64,000 nucleotides of DNA from Eledone cirrhosa (Eukaryota), in contig OZ024740.1 in assembly GCA_964016885.1 (NCBI GenBank), forward strand, positions 68,882,001-68,946,000. The letters are read 5' to 3'. Positions 15,321 to 28,383 of this stretch are shown here, in pieces. The notes below the pieces were generated by a model that saw nothing but the letters and a program-made list of their open reading frames with translations, ran no database searches and had not been told where the DNA came from. The first letter of the stretch is position 1. Each line of letters starts with the position of its first letter. A program made the position numbers and the translations under genes.

Positions 15321-15960
15321 TGTGTTCTATCTGTCCTCTCTGTCAGGTTTTACCTTGTAATCCATTGTAGCATCCGATCCTCTAAATATAATGTCGATCA
15401 TATCATCCCATCGCCACCACCACCACCACCGCGAACATCGCTATATGTCTACTATCCCACACCCACGAACGTGTTCCCCCATGTTCCCTCTGTCTCTTTT
15501 AACCTACGATCCTTCATTAAATTCGATCCTGTAAATATACTGTCGCACACACCACCACCGCCACCACTAGATGCAGCTCCATACTTGAACAATCATTAAC
15601 ATCATTAACATCACCAACACATATCATCCCTCCCTCCCGGAACCACTGTGTTATATCTGCCCTCTCTGTCAGCTTTACCTTGTAAACCACCGTAACATCT
15701 GATCACGTAAATATATTGTTGAACATATCACCACATCGCCACCACCACCACGACCAGCACTACCACACACATCGCTATATGTTCACAACCTTGTTTACCC
15801 TGTGTTCCCTATGTCACTGTTTAACCTGTAACCCATCGTATAATTCGATCCTGTGTAATTGTTGTCGCTCATAACACCACCACCGCCACCACAAGGCACA
15901 TCTCCATACTCCAACAATCATTAACATCATTAACATCGCCAACACATACTTTCCCTCCCT
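15321..15960. repeat. two diverged ~325-bp tandem copies in PLE 3' region
   Basis: tgtgtt.tatctg.cctctctgtcag.tttaccttgtaa recurs at ~15321 and ~15647. Confidence 0.75.
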
Positions 15961-15997
15961 AAACAACGCAAATGTGTGTGTCTGTGTGTAGGTATAT

Positions 15998-16029
<32 letters not shown>

Positions 16030-16032
<3 letters not shown>

Positions 16033-16411
16033 GGAAAAGGTATGACCCCGACGGCAGAGCTCAAGCCGTTTCGACAGGTATTAGAATTTTTAGCCTGGTG
16101 AATAAATAGCTGAACTTGTCAAGGGGGTACTTCCTTATATCGGAAGATTGTAGTTGTCAAGAGGATTGGTTAAAATGTGTTGTAAACACACATAAGTCTA
16201 TCATGGCATTTGGTGGGAGGTAGGGGTGTGAGTGGAGCGGTCAAGCGTTGAAAGTGATATGTATACAGCAGATTCTAAGGATAGTGTATGAAATGGGGGG
16301 GGGGGGTAGGTTATAGAATAGGAATCTCGAATTTCCCGCACTACTACCCTATGTATTGAGTACTCTGGTGCGTTATGGTCCATCTGGTTCCTTACCACAA
16401 GTCCTTTGTTA
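16030..16411. mobile_element. family A inverted pseudo-LTR insert with full degenerate hammerhead (16045-16128, -)
   Basis: Minus strand reads ACCCC-CTTGACAA-..-GAAACGGC-ttgagctct-GCCGTC-GGGGT. Long tail on plus at 16330-16411. Confidence 0.65.
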
Positions 16412-16561
16412 TATATATATATATATATATATTTATATGGGTATATATATTTATATGAACAACGCCATCTCCATTGGCCCTCCCTCTCCCCATATCTATG
16501 TACTACGCCATCCCCACTGACACTCCCCCTCTCTCTGTACACACACACACATGTGTATATA

Positions 16562-16630
<69 letters not shown>

Positions 16631-16635
<5 letters not shown>

Positions 16636-17250
16636 AAGGAAAAGCGAAGTAGTTTCAGATGTTCAAGTCCTTTAATAATAATGCTGTGATATATATTTCA
16701 GTGACGACACTGGCCACACTGTGTCATCATCAGACAGCTTGTTACATAATAAGGTTATGTTTCCGAGGCAATCCATATTGGATCGACAAGGGAACGGATG
16801 AATTGCGTGTTCTTGGGTTTTTCATCCGCTCCCTTGTGAGTACCAATTCACCCCCACCGGCCTGCGCAAGCGCATGTCGGAAGGAAGTTGACCATTCACC
16901 ACCGCAGACTTCAACGAAATTTGCTTAGTCAGTTCACCCTGTCATCCAAAACAATGGCCCACCAATGCCTGTACCATATTTTACTGCTACCCATCACGGC
17001 TGTGGCAGTCAGCCGAGAGCCAGAGGGGATGGGAGAGTGTTAGTTTTTAGGTCATAATACTACCCCTCACTAAGCGTTGACGGTACGACTGACCATCACC
17101 TTACTATATATATATATCATAGCATTATTATTAAAGGACTTGAACATCTGAAACTACTTCCCTTTTCCTTATTCGATATTTACTCCGTCACTCCTATGTG
17201 GAAAAAGTACGTTGAGTGCATGAATTGAATTGCATCAATGTTTACCCTAA
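16631..17250. mobile_element. family C inverted pseudo-LTR insert
   Basis: 16631-16696 is inverted relative to ~17111-17176, and the right arm has an extra tail. Confidence 0.7.
16683..16738 (-). ncRNA. type I hammerhead ribozyme motif
   Basis: GCTGT-CTGATGA-TGAC..GTCA(ct)-GAAA-TATATA-TC-ACAGC. Perfect stem I, palindromic stem III. Confidence 0.65.
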
Positions 17251-17820
17251 TATATATAATGTAGGAGGTGAGTTTTATTGTAGTACAATAAAGCAATGCA
17301 GATATCGGATAAGAAGCACTCTACAGTTTGTAGGACTGGAGTATACATAATATATAAGATCAAAAGATGGTTAAAAGAGTTCCATGTATTTTATTATGCG
17401 CATTTCAAAAACAAATATCATCATGCAATAATATTTGTGTTTTCAACAGATAAAATAGGAAGACATGATATGAAGGTTAAAACACACTTGTGAATAGTGC
17501 AGTTTTGAATCAACATATGAAAAGTAGTTTTAGATTGATGTGTGATATTGGGAAAACAAATTTTTGAGGGTGGGTGGGTGCAAAGGATGAAAAAGAGGAG
17601 GAGATGAGAGTAACAAGTGGAGGGGGATGAGTATAATGAGGAAGGATGAGATAGGAGGAGAGATGGGTGATAGAGAGAGAGAGATAGCTTGTATAACTGA
17701 GAAAAATATATTGTTTTACATAGAGAGGTTGAAAAACCGTTGGAAGATAATGTATAAATTAAAAGAATTTGAAAATTAACGAAGAGAAAAATAATGTAAA
17801 GTTAAGGTTTGTATATTGAA

Positions 17821-17986
17821 GGGTTTAATAATATGTGCGATGAAAAGAAAATGTTAATATGTATTAAGAATAATATTTAAGGGTTTAATAATATGTGCGA
17901 TGGAAAGAAAATGTTAATATGTATTAAGAATAATATTTAAGGGTTTAATAATATGTGCGATGGAAAGAAAATGTTGATATGTATTA
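17821..17986. repeat. 60-bp tandem repeat, ~2.8 copies
   Basis: gggtttaataatatgtgcgatg starts at 17821, 17881 and 17941. Confidence 0.9.
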
Positions 17987-18112
17987 TTAAAAAAAACAAA
18001 AGTAGTGTAAGTAAGGATATATTGTGAGATGAGCATGAATAAGTTAGATGAATGGGTGAAAAAAATAATGAATTGAGGATGAATAATCTAACGTCAAAAA
18101 AATGTGTTTATC

Positions 18113-18322
18113 AAAATGTTCAAGCCCCCGACGGCAGAGCTGCAGCCGTCTCGAGGGCTATTTCTAGACGGAAATAGCCGACCAGAAATAGCGTCGAATA
18201 GCCGTCGAAAAGGCTCTGCCGTCGGGGTCTTGAACATGTTCCTATTACTCACTCTACTACTCAAAGTGTTGAGTACTCTGCTGCGTTATGGTCCACCTGG
18301 TTCCTTACCACACTTCCCTCGT

Positions 18323-18324
<2 letters not shown>
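18113..18324. mobile_element. family A inverted insert
   Basis: Short arm on minus and long-tail arm on plus, with a scrambled junction in the ctatttct/agaaatagcc palindrome. Confidence 0.7.
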
Positions 18325-18356
<32 letters not shown>

Positions 18357-19184
18357 TATATACATATATACATATATACATGTGTGTGTCTATATATACA
18401 CACACATACTTTTATATATAATTATTAGCATTTCTTGTGCTTTTACATATGGACTCAGTTATCAAATATTTAATGTTAGCTATACTTATTTTTGTTCCTG
18501 AGCATAAGTAATTTGTTGTATATATCAATAATTTAGATTTCTTTATTTGAGAATTTAATGATCGTTATGTCGCTGATCATATTCAGCTAGTGTTTATTTT
18601 TCTACTAACTAGCAAATTACATAGTTATGTTCTTTGCAACTGGTTAACCCCAGTTAGCATTGAGCAGAAAGTGTGTGGTACGATGCTACCCTACCAAATA
18701 CTGTGTAAAGTACCTGGAGGAATTGTGATTTCATCAAACTATGAATTATACATACATATATATATATATATCATGTGTGGTATGTGTGTCCGTCCTGCGG
18801 AGGCTTGGACTCCACCTGATTCAAGTGTCTAAGTTGTTTTGTAACAAAATCATCCCTATACTCCATCAAAAGTGAGGGTCGAAATATAAAAAAGAATTTT
18901 AACTGCAGTTGACATTTTACAGTGGCATTTTTGGGGGTTAAACATGCTTGCAATTCAAGTTATTTCCAGAAAAAATAGTTGGTAGCGTAATTTGTCGATA
19001 TTCTATTCCGGTTAATAGTATCTTATCAAATTGATGTAGCCATCAAAAATTCATCAAAAGGGCATAACGGAAACATTTATTACAATTTAACTGCCAAAAT
19101 TGGATGTCATATTAACGTTAATATCTGTACTTGCCGTCCACAATTTCAGTACTCACTATTGTATATGTTATTAGTAAGTGACGA

Positions 19185-19595
19185 CCTTAGATTGGCAGAA
19201 TCGTTAGTGTATCATGCTTTGTGATGTTTCTTCCAGTTTTTTTTTTATTCTGAATTCAAATGCCACCGTGGTCAGCGTTGCATTTTATCTATCTGTGATT
19301 GATAAAATAATATCGATATAGTCGGCTTAAGCCTTTGCACGATTAATTGTCCTTGTGTCTAGATTAGTAATCATTATTCAATGGTAGGGATGGGTTTTTT
19401 TTAATATTGGTAGCGTGTTGGACAAATGAGTTGTGGCATTTAATTACGTCCGTTTACATTGTATGTTCAAATACTGCTCAGGTGAGCTTAGAAATTCATC
19501 ATTAAGGGATCGATAAAATGAACGCACTGGGGATCCTATATTCAACTTCACACAAATAAATTATCATTGTGCCTAACTCAGAAACCATTATATAT
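19185..19595 (+). mobile_element. two old diverged SINE copies
   Basis: Degenerate ttcaaat..ccg.ggtca.c.ttgc.tttcatc..gataaaat and ccttgtg motifs occur twice. Confidence 0.55.
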
Positions 19596-19668
19596 TAGTG
19601 CAGAGTGTGGTACTTTCTCATGCATACACACACACATACATACATACATACATACATACACACACATT

Positions 19669-19750
<82 letters not shown>

Positions 19751-19776
19751 CATACATACATACATACATACATACA

Positions 19777-19830
<54 letters not shown>

Positions 19831-19832
<2 letters not shown>

Positions 19833-20258
19833 TTATACTTTGGGAGGGTCATGTTGCCAATAAGAAATAAATAAATAAATGAACATAAACACACACAGAC
19901 ACCCGGATGTGGCGCATGCGCAGACTGAGCACACAACACACACACAGAAACAAAATGGCGTATGACAGAACAAAGGAGAGGCACAGAAACAAAGAAAGGA
20001 ATCCCCAGTCACTGAAGAGGTCACAGAGTGTGTGACGAAAGAACTATGACTATATATAAACAACTATCTGGTTGTGGAACCAACCAACCAACCAACCAGA
20101 AATTTATAAATTTATAAATTTATAAATATATAATAAATTGAAGTGAAAGCGACTTGTGCGTGTGTTTCTTATTGGCAACATGACCCTCCCAAAGTATAAC
20201 AATATCGGTTTCAACACACGATTTCAGATAAAGAATCTTGCTAAACAAATTCAGAAAC
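19831..20258 (+). mobile_element. family D pseudo-LTR with short inverted 5' arm
   Basis: ttatactttgggagggtcatgttgccaataagaaa (19833) is inverted at 20164-20199, and the right arm has the long tail. Confidence 0.75.
20007..20051 (+). ncRNA. type I hammerhead ribozyme motif
   Basis: AGTCA-CTGAAGA-G-GTCACA gagtg TGTGAC-GAAA-GAAC-TA-TGACT. Predicted cut after CUA at 20046. Confidence 0.75.
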
Positions 20259-20376
20259 GAAATATATATACATATATTAAATATAGAAATGGCATTTCTA
20301 TATTAAATATTTATATTCTGCTATGTATTGAATACCTTATTTACTGTGGTTACCTCCGATTGAACCCGGGTTAAAC

Positions 20377-20410
<34 letters not shown>

Positions 20411-20416
<6 letters not shown>

Positions 20417-20433
20417 ACTAGAAATTGATTGAC

Positions 20434-20464
<31 letters not shown>

Positions 20465-20860
20465 AAACATATGAAAGAATGACAGGGAATAATTTGTAAA
20501 AGTGTGTAAGCAGACATAGCTATGTAGGTAACTAATTAAAGTTTAACTAGAACTTTAAAAATAGATACCTTATAAATGGATTAATCTTCCTTGTATATAT
20601 TTCACTAAAGAAATATATTTCACCATCAATCGTTCGGTAAATCACAGTAGCCAAATCCCGTATTTTCAGCTAGTTAAACTTTAATTAGTTACCTACATAG
20701 CCATGTGTGCATACAGACTTTTACAAATTATACCCTGTGATTCTTTCATATGTTTATTTGATCAATTTCTAGTTGATATAAAATGCTCGGATCTATTCAT
20801 TGGAAATGTGGAGCATATTCTACAGTGGATATGGTGCATGTCTCTCTGACATGACACCTT
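20411..20860. mobile_element. inverted-repeat insert (family F), probable PLE terminus
   Basis: 20411-20550 is inverted relative to 20669-20780, and the right arm extends as a tail. Lies in (TA)n. Confidence 0.6.
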
Positions 20861-20879
20861 TAATTTAATTTAATTTTGG

Positions 20880-20910
<31 letters not shown>

Positions 20911-20941
20911 TACATGTAAGTATGTACATATGTATGGGTGC

Positions 20942-21041
<100 letters not shown>

Positions 21042-21131
21042 TTACATACACACATACGTACATACATATACATATCGGTACATACAAACATAGATATTTA
21101 CATACATGCATACTTAAACATACATATATAG

Positions 21132-21163
<32 letters not shown>

Positions 21164-21493
21164 ATGTGTCTAGTGTCTATGAGGAGGCTCTGTATATTTA
21201 TATATATACACACATATGTATATAATTCATATGTTGCTAAGTGTTTCCAGAACATCTTATTTATTGTTATTTTATCGTTTTCTTTTGATTCCACCATATG
21301 TAATATATATATTTTTTCTTTTAATACTTATTTTCCGCTATTCATATGGTTTCTCGCTTCTTTTCTTCATTTTTAATTAATTCCCAGGATAACACATTGA
21401 ATATTTTTGATACGCATCCAATTTCGCAACAAACTGAACATTACCTCGAAACAATAGGACACCTATCTCTTCCTCTTTATTAGGTCGAAATAC

Positions 21494-21594
<101 letters not shown>

Positions 21595-21617
21595 TACATA
21601 CATATATATATATATTT

Positions 21618-21660
<43 letters not shown>

Positions 21661-21674
21661 TATATATATATATA

Positions 21675-21830
<156 letters not shown>

Positions 21831-22326
21831 ATGATATTATATGTGCGTGGGGTGTGTATATATTTATATATGTTTGTGGGTGTTAATTTGCCTGTGTTTA
21901 TGTATGTAATTGATTTTGTGTTTCTGCGTGTTTTATCAATGAATCTGATGGACAATTCTATAAAGAGTCTTTTTGTGATTGGGGCGCTTATCTCTTAGAA
22001 GCACGAAAACTGTTTTCTAGTAATTCTTTCATGGATGATTTTATAGTACTTTTTTTTATAACTGCAGCGCCACTTTGCTAGACTACATTAAGCTATCTGA
22101 GATCAGTGCATATCATAGATTATAATGTCTGCCAGTAGATATTTATTTGAAATACATAAAAATTATCTTAATTTGTCTTCCTTGTGAAAACGGCAGATTT
22201 AAAGAAAATCTGATTTGAATCATTGCCATTCCATATTGATATAGAAGTGACCATCAAGACGTAACACATTTTACATAGCTAATATATACTCTCTCTCTCC
22301 CCCCCTCTCTCTCTCTCTCTCCCTCT

Positions 22327-22407
<81 letters not shown>

Positions 22408-22408
22408 C

Positions 22409-22479
<71 letters not shown>

Positions 22480-23140
22480 CGTATATATATATACATATAT
22501 ATATATATACATTATATATATATTTATATATATATATATATATATTTATATAATAGGATTAAAATACTGGAGCGTGTTGGAGTTAAGCATTGTTTTACAT
22601 TCATAATATATTTAAATATATATGGGGGGGGGTATATGTGTGTGTGTGTGTGTGTGTGATACAGCGTGTATGTCTAATTATATAAGAAAAGTCAATATTA
22701 TAAAACAATACAGAAAAAATATACAGATTTAACTCTGAGTAGATTTCAAAGATATTCTAAACATTTTGGACGATAGAATGAGCGAAAAGAGAATATTTTG
22801 GGTAGGGAGACAAAATTGTAGACAGGCGAATGTTACAAAGGAAAACCAGGAGACAATGAAGATATGCGAAAAGGCATGTAGTCATATATATATATATATT
22901 ATATTTAATGTAGAAATGGCTTCTACAGTACAAGAATTGTTGCATTCGGGAGAAATCATCAGGAAGCTTAAATATTTATACTCTGCTATGTACTGAGTAT
23001 CCTACCTACTCTGGTTTCCCCCGATGGGGCCCGGAATAAAGTTATATAGTTTCAGAAGATCCGATAAGGGTGAAAGCAGCGATTCTTTGTTTAAACCTTA
23101 ATCTGTTATTTTAATAAATATATATATATATATATATATA

Positions 23141-23686
23141 TAGTTTTGCGAAGTTTTTTATATGAAATCGTGTGTCGAAACAAATATTGTTATACTTGGG
23201 GAGGGTCATATTTGTGTAATATTGCCAGAATTAATAACAGAACACACTCACTGTTTGGTTGGTTTTCGCTTTTCGCTTCTGCGTCTTTAATATCGGTAAT
23301 CTAATTTATTCGGTCCTCAATGTTGCCATTGACTGATCGACGGTCAAAAATAAATAGATAAAAAAACAAATAAATAAATAAATATATAGACAGACTAAAT
23401 AAAAATGGCGTAGACATACAATGTAACGGGAGGAAACAATAGCACCACTGACGATGTTGCAGATGTGCAACGAAAGAACTTTGGTAAACTATATATATTT
23501 GTTTGTGTCTATATTGTATCTGTATTATTTTTGACCGTCGGTCAGTCAATGGCAACATTGAGGACCGAATAAATTAGATTACCGATATAAAAGACACAGA
23601 AGCGAAAAGCGAAAACCAACTAAACATTCGGTGTGTTCAATTACTAATTCTGGCAATATTACACAAATATGACCCTCCCCAAGTAT

Positions 23687-23692
<6 letters not shown>
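23141..23692. mobile_element. family D inverted insert with hammerhead at 23444-23485 (+)
   Basis: Arms 23185-23352 and 23526-23692. ACCA-CTGACGA-T-GTTGCA gatg TGCAAC-GAAA-GAAC-TT-TGGT. Confidence 0.8.
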
Positions 23693-23726
<34 letters not shown>

Positions 23727-25071
23727 TAATATAACAGATATATATATATATATATTTGATATATATTTATCCTTATCGAGCCCTCTTTGGATTTTAGTCT
23801 TGAAATTTATTATTATTACTATATATATATATATATATATATTTATTTATATATATATTTAAAAGTTAAACAAGGTTCAATGAATACATCAAAGAATGAG
23901 TTTTATAATAGATTGGAAGCACTCAACAGAAAAAAAGGTTTTCCAGAGTTATTAATATTAATTCAGAATATTAACAAAATTCTTGTGATGAATTATATTT
24001 TATTATGTATATTTCAGCGGTACTGAGTTAAGTTCAACAGTACGTCCTCATCAGATAAAAGAAAATGATGCATGACATACCCTGACATAGTAGATGGTAA
24101 AGATTCAGTCATGGTAGTGATTAACTTATGACAAAACTCAATATTTATACCCTAATATGAGATAACACAATACAAACAATAGAGAGGGAGGGTGTAATAG
24201 AGTTTAAGAAATTCATGGCATCAATGTAACAGTTATAAAATATTTTTTTTTCAAAAACTACTGGAGAAAAACAAGGGAAAGGAAAGCATAGAGGAAGAAA
24301 CAGCTGATGTGATAATATATTTAGTAGGTGACTTGAAAAAAACAGATGAAAGATGATTAAAGAGAGGGAGAGACAAAGGTGAGTAATTTATGTTCAAGTT
24401 TATATACACTGATTTCCATATATGCAACACATGTCCAAAATATTATAGTTGGCGGTTAATTTTCAAAATATTTAATTTAAATTATTTCAGGGTAATAAAT
24501 AATATTTTAGGTTTTAAAAGTTAATAGGTATTTGTATTAATATTATAATATAATTATGTTTAACTTCTAAAATTCAAATTTTATAAAAACAAATTTAAAG
24601 GATTTACGAAACACAAGAAAGAGAATATATATAATGCTTTTATATCTTCACGAAGGTAATCTTTACCAAAATTATTTATAATATGGACAACAGTTTCTAT
24701 AATATAATTTATAAAATAATTTTAGTTATAATTATTTAAAAATTTATTGTTAAATAGTTTGAGTGCCTAAAGTATCAACCGGCCTTATAACTAAACTTAA
24801 AGAGGTCCGAATTTTTTATTATATATATGTATTGATAAAAAAAATACAAAGATTATAGTTTATTATTTGTTTATAATTGAGGTGATACCTTTCAAATATA
24901 TATAATATAATACAATAATGCAATAATGCAATATAGTAAATAAGGTACCGTTTCAATAATATCTATAATAATATCTCTATATAGTTGTACAAATATCTGT
25001 ATCTAGTGTAATAACATAATCGTAGTTACATTTATAAATAATTTAGAAACTCAAATGAATTTATATTGTTA

Positions 25072-26003
25072 CTAGCAGTAAAGCCCGGCGTTGCTCGGGG
25101 TCGCTCAGTAGCTGTGTTAAAGTTACAATGTTAAGTTTCTTTCTTGGCTTAAAAACTGTAGTGTCTACTGTGCAGACTTGCATGTGGTGTTTTTGATTAA
25201 TATTCCCTCAACCAACAATATGCCTTATGAAGTTAAGAAAACATAACCATAACCCGAATGTTATAACAAAAGAGGATGCTGGCGATAGAAACTGCACTGG
25301 TTATTTATTAACAAAGATGGAAAATGTAAACACTGCAACGCAGAGAAAAACATTAGCGTAACCAAATTATCAGTTATTATGTCTGTCTGCACGCCTATAT
25401 CACCTCTCTGCACGACTGTCTGTCTGCACGCCTATATCACCTCTCTGCACGACTGTCTGTCTGCACGCCTATATCACCTCTCTGCACGACTGTCTGTCTG
25501 CACGCCTATATCACCTCTCTGCACGACTGTCTCTCTGCACGCGTATATCACCTCTCTGCACGACTGTCTGTCTGCACGCCTAACGACGAAATATTTGCTT
25601 GTTTTAAAATGCTTTTAAATGGAAATGAAGCAAAACGGAAGCTTAGTGTTCGAACTGATGAATTTTGCAGGTCAATATTTTGCTTGCTCGACAACTGTCT
25701 GTTCGTGTATTGTGTTAATGTCATTTTAAACGCTGAGAAAGCCAGCGTAATTTTTTACGTAAGACGCTCAATGTAAACAGAACAAAGGGAAATAACTGAT
25801 AACTTACGCTCAAAAATCGATACATTATATTCGATTTCGTCACATAGGGTGGGTCAATTTGAAATATTTTTTTTTCCGATGTCTTCGCTAGGGCTCAATG
25901 TACAAGTATAGCAATTTCGGTGCAATTCCGTGAGAGATTCTAAGAGGAGATGTGTGCCAAAAATCGATAGACAGACAGACAACCACAGTTTTATATATAT
26001 AGA
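25072..26003 (-). mobile_element. non-autonomous Helitron
   Basis: Minus strand starts TC (TCTATATATATAAAA..GTCTGTCTGTCT) and ends CTAG. Subterminal hairpin CCCGAGCAACGCCGGG at 25084-25099. Inserted between A and T with no TSD. Confidence 0.85.
25380..25581. repeat. 37-bp minisatellite, ~5.5 copies, inside the Helitron
   Basis: Unit tgtctgtctgcacgcctatatcacctctctgcacgac. Confidence 0.95.
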
Positions 26004-26520
26004 TAAGTGTGTGATATTCCCTGGAAGGTCGAACTTATATAATCATTTAGTTAATATAATATAATTTAATTTAACTTATATTATATTATTTTAATTAAAT
26101 TTAGATTACCTTCGGCTTTTTCAAATATTTTGTTCCTCTTTATATCACATTCGCTAAAATATTTTAGATATATCTTTTGTATACTATATTAAAACCCTAT
26201 TGCATTTATAATATATGTTTAATATTGGGCATCGTTAAGTTTCGCAAACAATTTATTTTCTTTTATTTGTATATTTATTTTGTCTCTAGCCCCTATCATT
26301 ATGACTCATATAGTTTTGACTTATATCTTTATAATATATATCAACTAAATGAAAATAATTGATATAAAACATTAATTCTTTAGCAATATTTTAAAAAACA
26401 TTTTTAACTATATATTTTTTTGAACAATATTTTCAGTAACCTATTTACTATATTGCATTATTGCATTATTGTATTATATTATATATATTTGTAAGGTATC
26501 ACGTCAATTATAAACAAATA

Positions 26521-26571
26521 ATTGTTTCTATCTTAGGCACAAGGCCAGCAATTATTCAGTACATTACTGAT
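26521..26571 (-). mobile_element. SINE 3'-end fragment
   Basis: Matches the SINE 3' end and is absent from the mirrored arm near 24865. Confidence 0.75.
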
Positions 26572-27474
26572 AATAAACTATAATCTTTGTATTTTTTTAT
26601 CAGTACATATATATAATTAAAAATTCGGACATCTTTAAGTTTAGTTATAAGGCCGGTTGATACTTTAGGCACTCAAACTATTTAACAATAAATTCTTTAA
26701 CAATTATAACTATAATTATTTTATAAATCATATTATAGAAACTGTTGTCAATGTTATAAATAATTTTGGTAAAGATTACCTTCGTGAAGATATAGAAGCA
26801 TTATATATATTCTCTTTCTTGTGTTTCGTAAATCCTTTAAATTTGTTTTCATAACATTTGAATTTTAGAAATTAAACATAATTATATTATAATATTAATA
26901 CAAATACCTATTAACTTTTAAAACCAAAAATATTATTCATTACCCTGAAATAACTTAAATTAAATATTTTGAAAATTAACAGCCAACTATATTATTTTGG
27001 ACATGTGTTGCATATATGGAAATCAGTGTATATAGATTTGAACATAAATTACTCCCCTTTGTCTCTCCCTCTCTTTAATCATCTTTCATCTGTTTTTTCA
27101 AGCCACCTACTAAATATATTAGCACATCAGCTGCTTCTTCCTCTATGCGTTCCTTTCCCTCCTCTTTCTCCAGTAGTTTTTAAAAATAAAAATAATGTTA
27201 TAACTGTTATATTGATGCATGTATTTCTTAAACTCTATTACACTCACCCTCTCTATTGTTTGTATTGTTATCTCATGTTCTCAATATTAGGATATAAATA
27301 TTGAGTGTTGTCATAAGTTAATCACTACCATGACTGAATCTTAACCATCTACTATGTCAGGGTATGTCATGCATCATTTTATTTTATCTCATGAGGACGT
27401 ACTATTGAACTTAACTCAGTACCTCTGAAATATATATAATAAAATATAATTTATCACAAAATATCTATTTTGAA

Positions 27475-27614
<140 letters not shown>

Positions 27615-27749
27615 GATGATGATGATGAAGGAATGAAGAATAACACTGATAAGCTATCTGCAATCATTGCTGATAGCGATCTTTGGACGCATCCAACCAC
27701 ATACTAGCCAATGTTAATACTTGAAATAAACCCTACTTCGGCTCTTGCC

Positions 27750-27872
27750 ATTCTGAGTTTAAATCCCGCCGAGGTTCACTTTGCCTTTCATCCTTAAGCG
27801 GTCGATAATATAAAGTACCAGTAATACACTGAGATAATAGCTGGCATTGTGCCAAAAGTAGAAACAATTACT
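27750..27872 (+). mobile_element. SINE (5' part degenerate)
   Basis: Same core and tail as the 2125 copy. Confidence 0.8.
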
Positions 27873-28153
27873 AATACCCGGGAACTGCTTAACGAGGAAC
27901 TGTCCGAAATCGGCCATCTGCACGCCATTACTACGTAATCATCTTGTTGAGTCAAACAACGTTGCACGTTAAAATCCTCCATTGTACAGATTACTCATAA
28001 CCTCAAGATGGATTACCTTAAACGAAAGGTGGAAGTAGCGATTCTTTGCTTAAATTTTAATCTGTTATTTTAATAAATATTTGCTGTAGGGTTCTTATAT
28101 ATTTGATATATAGTTATCCTTGTCGAGCCATCTTGTGATTTTAGTCTTCACAT

Positions 28154-28383
28154 TTGTTATTATTATTATCATTATTATTATTGTTGTTATTCCTTGAATC
28201 TCAGTCATTGATGTTGGTTAACTGGAAAGTCCGTTGGATTGAATATCAAGCCACTACCTGCAGCCTCAGATATTCAGGACGTATCGGAGGGTTCTTGCTG
28301 TTCCAAGCAAGCATGCCTTTTGAAGCGTTCCAAAAAGCGTGAAGGGGCCGATTTTCTTTAACCATCCCTGGAAACTTTTGGAG
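28154..28383 (-). mobile_element. 5'-truncated tandem copy of the Dong/R4 3' end
   Basis: 227-bp period duplicate of 28381-28610 with its own (AAT)n tail. Confidence 0.85.

Larger units (their letters stand above)
12818..16570 (+). mobile_element. 5'-truncated Hydra-type PLE with inverted copy of its 3' region at the 5' end
   Basis: 13588-13845 is the reverse complement of 15708-15971, and 13395-13530 of 16445-16575. RT-thumb and endonuclease remnant lies between. GAAA-CGCGCG-TC hammerhead remnant at 12871-12894 (-). Confidence 0.75.

Noticed and set aside
25380-25581. 37-bp repeats as a CRISPR array
   Set aside because: Units are contiguous with no unique spacers, there are no cas genes, and the context is eukaryotic.
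26040-26430. Possible decayed endonuclease (NIVYK-like) in the spacer of the large inverted repeat
   Set aside because: Too degenerate and AT-rich to support by eye.
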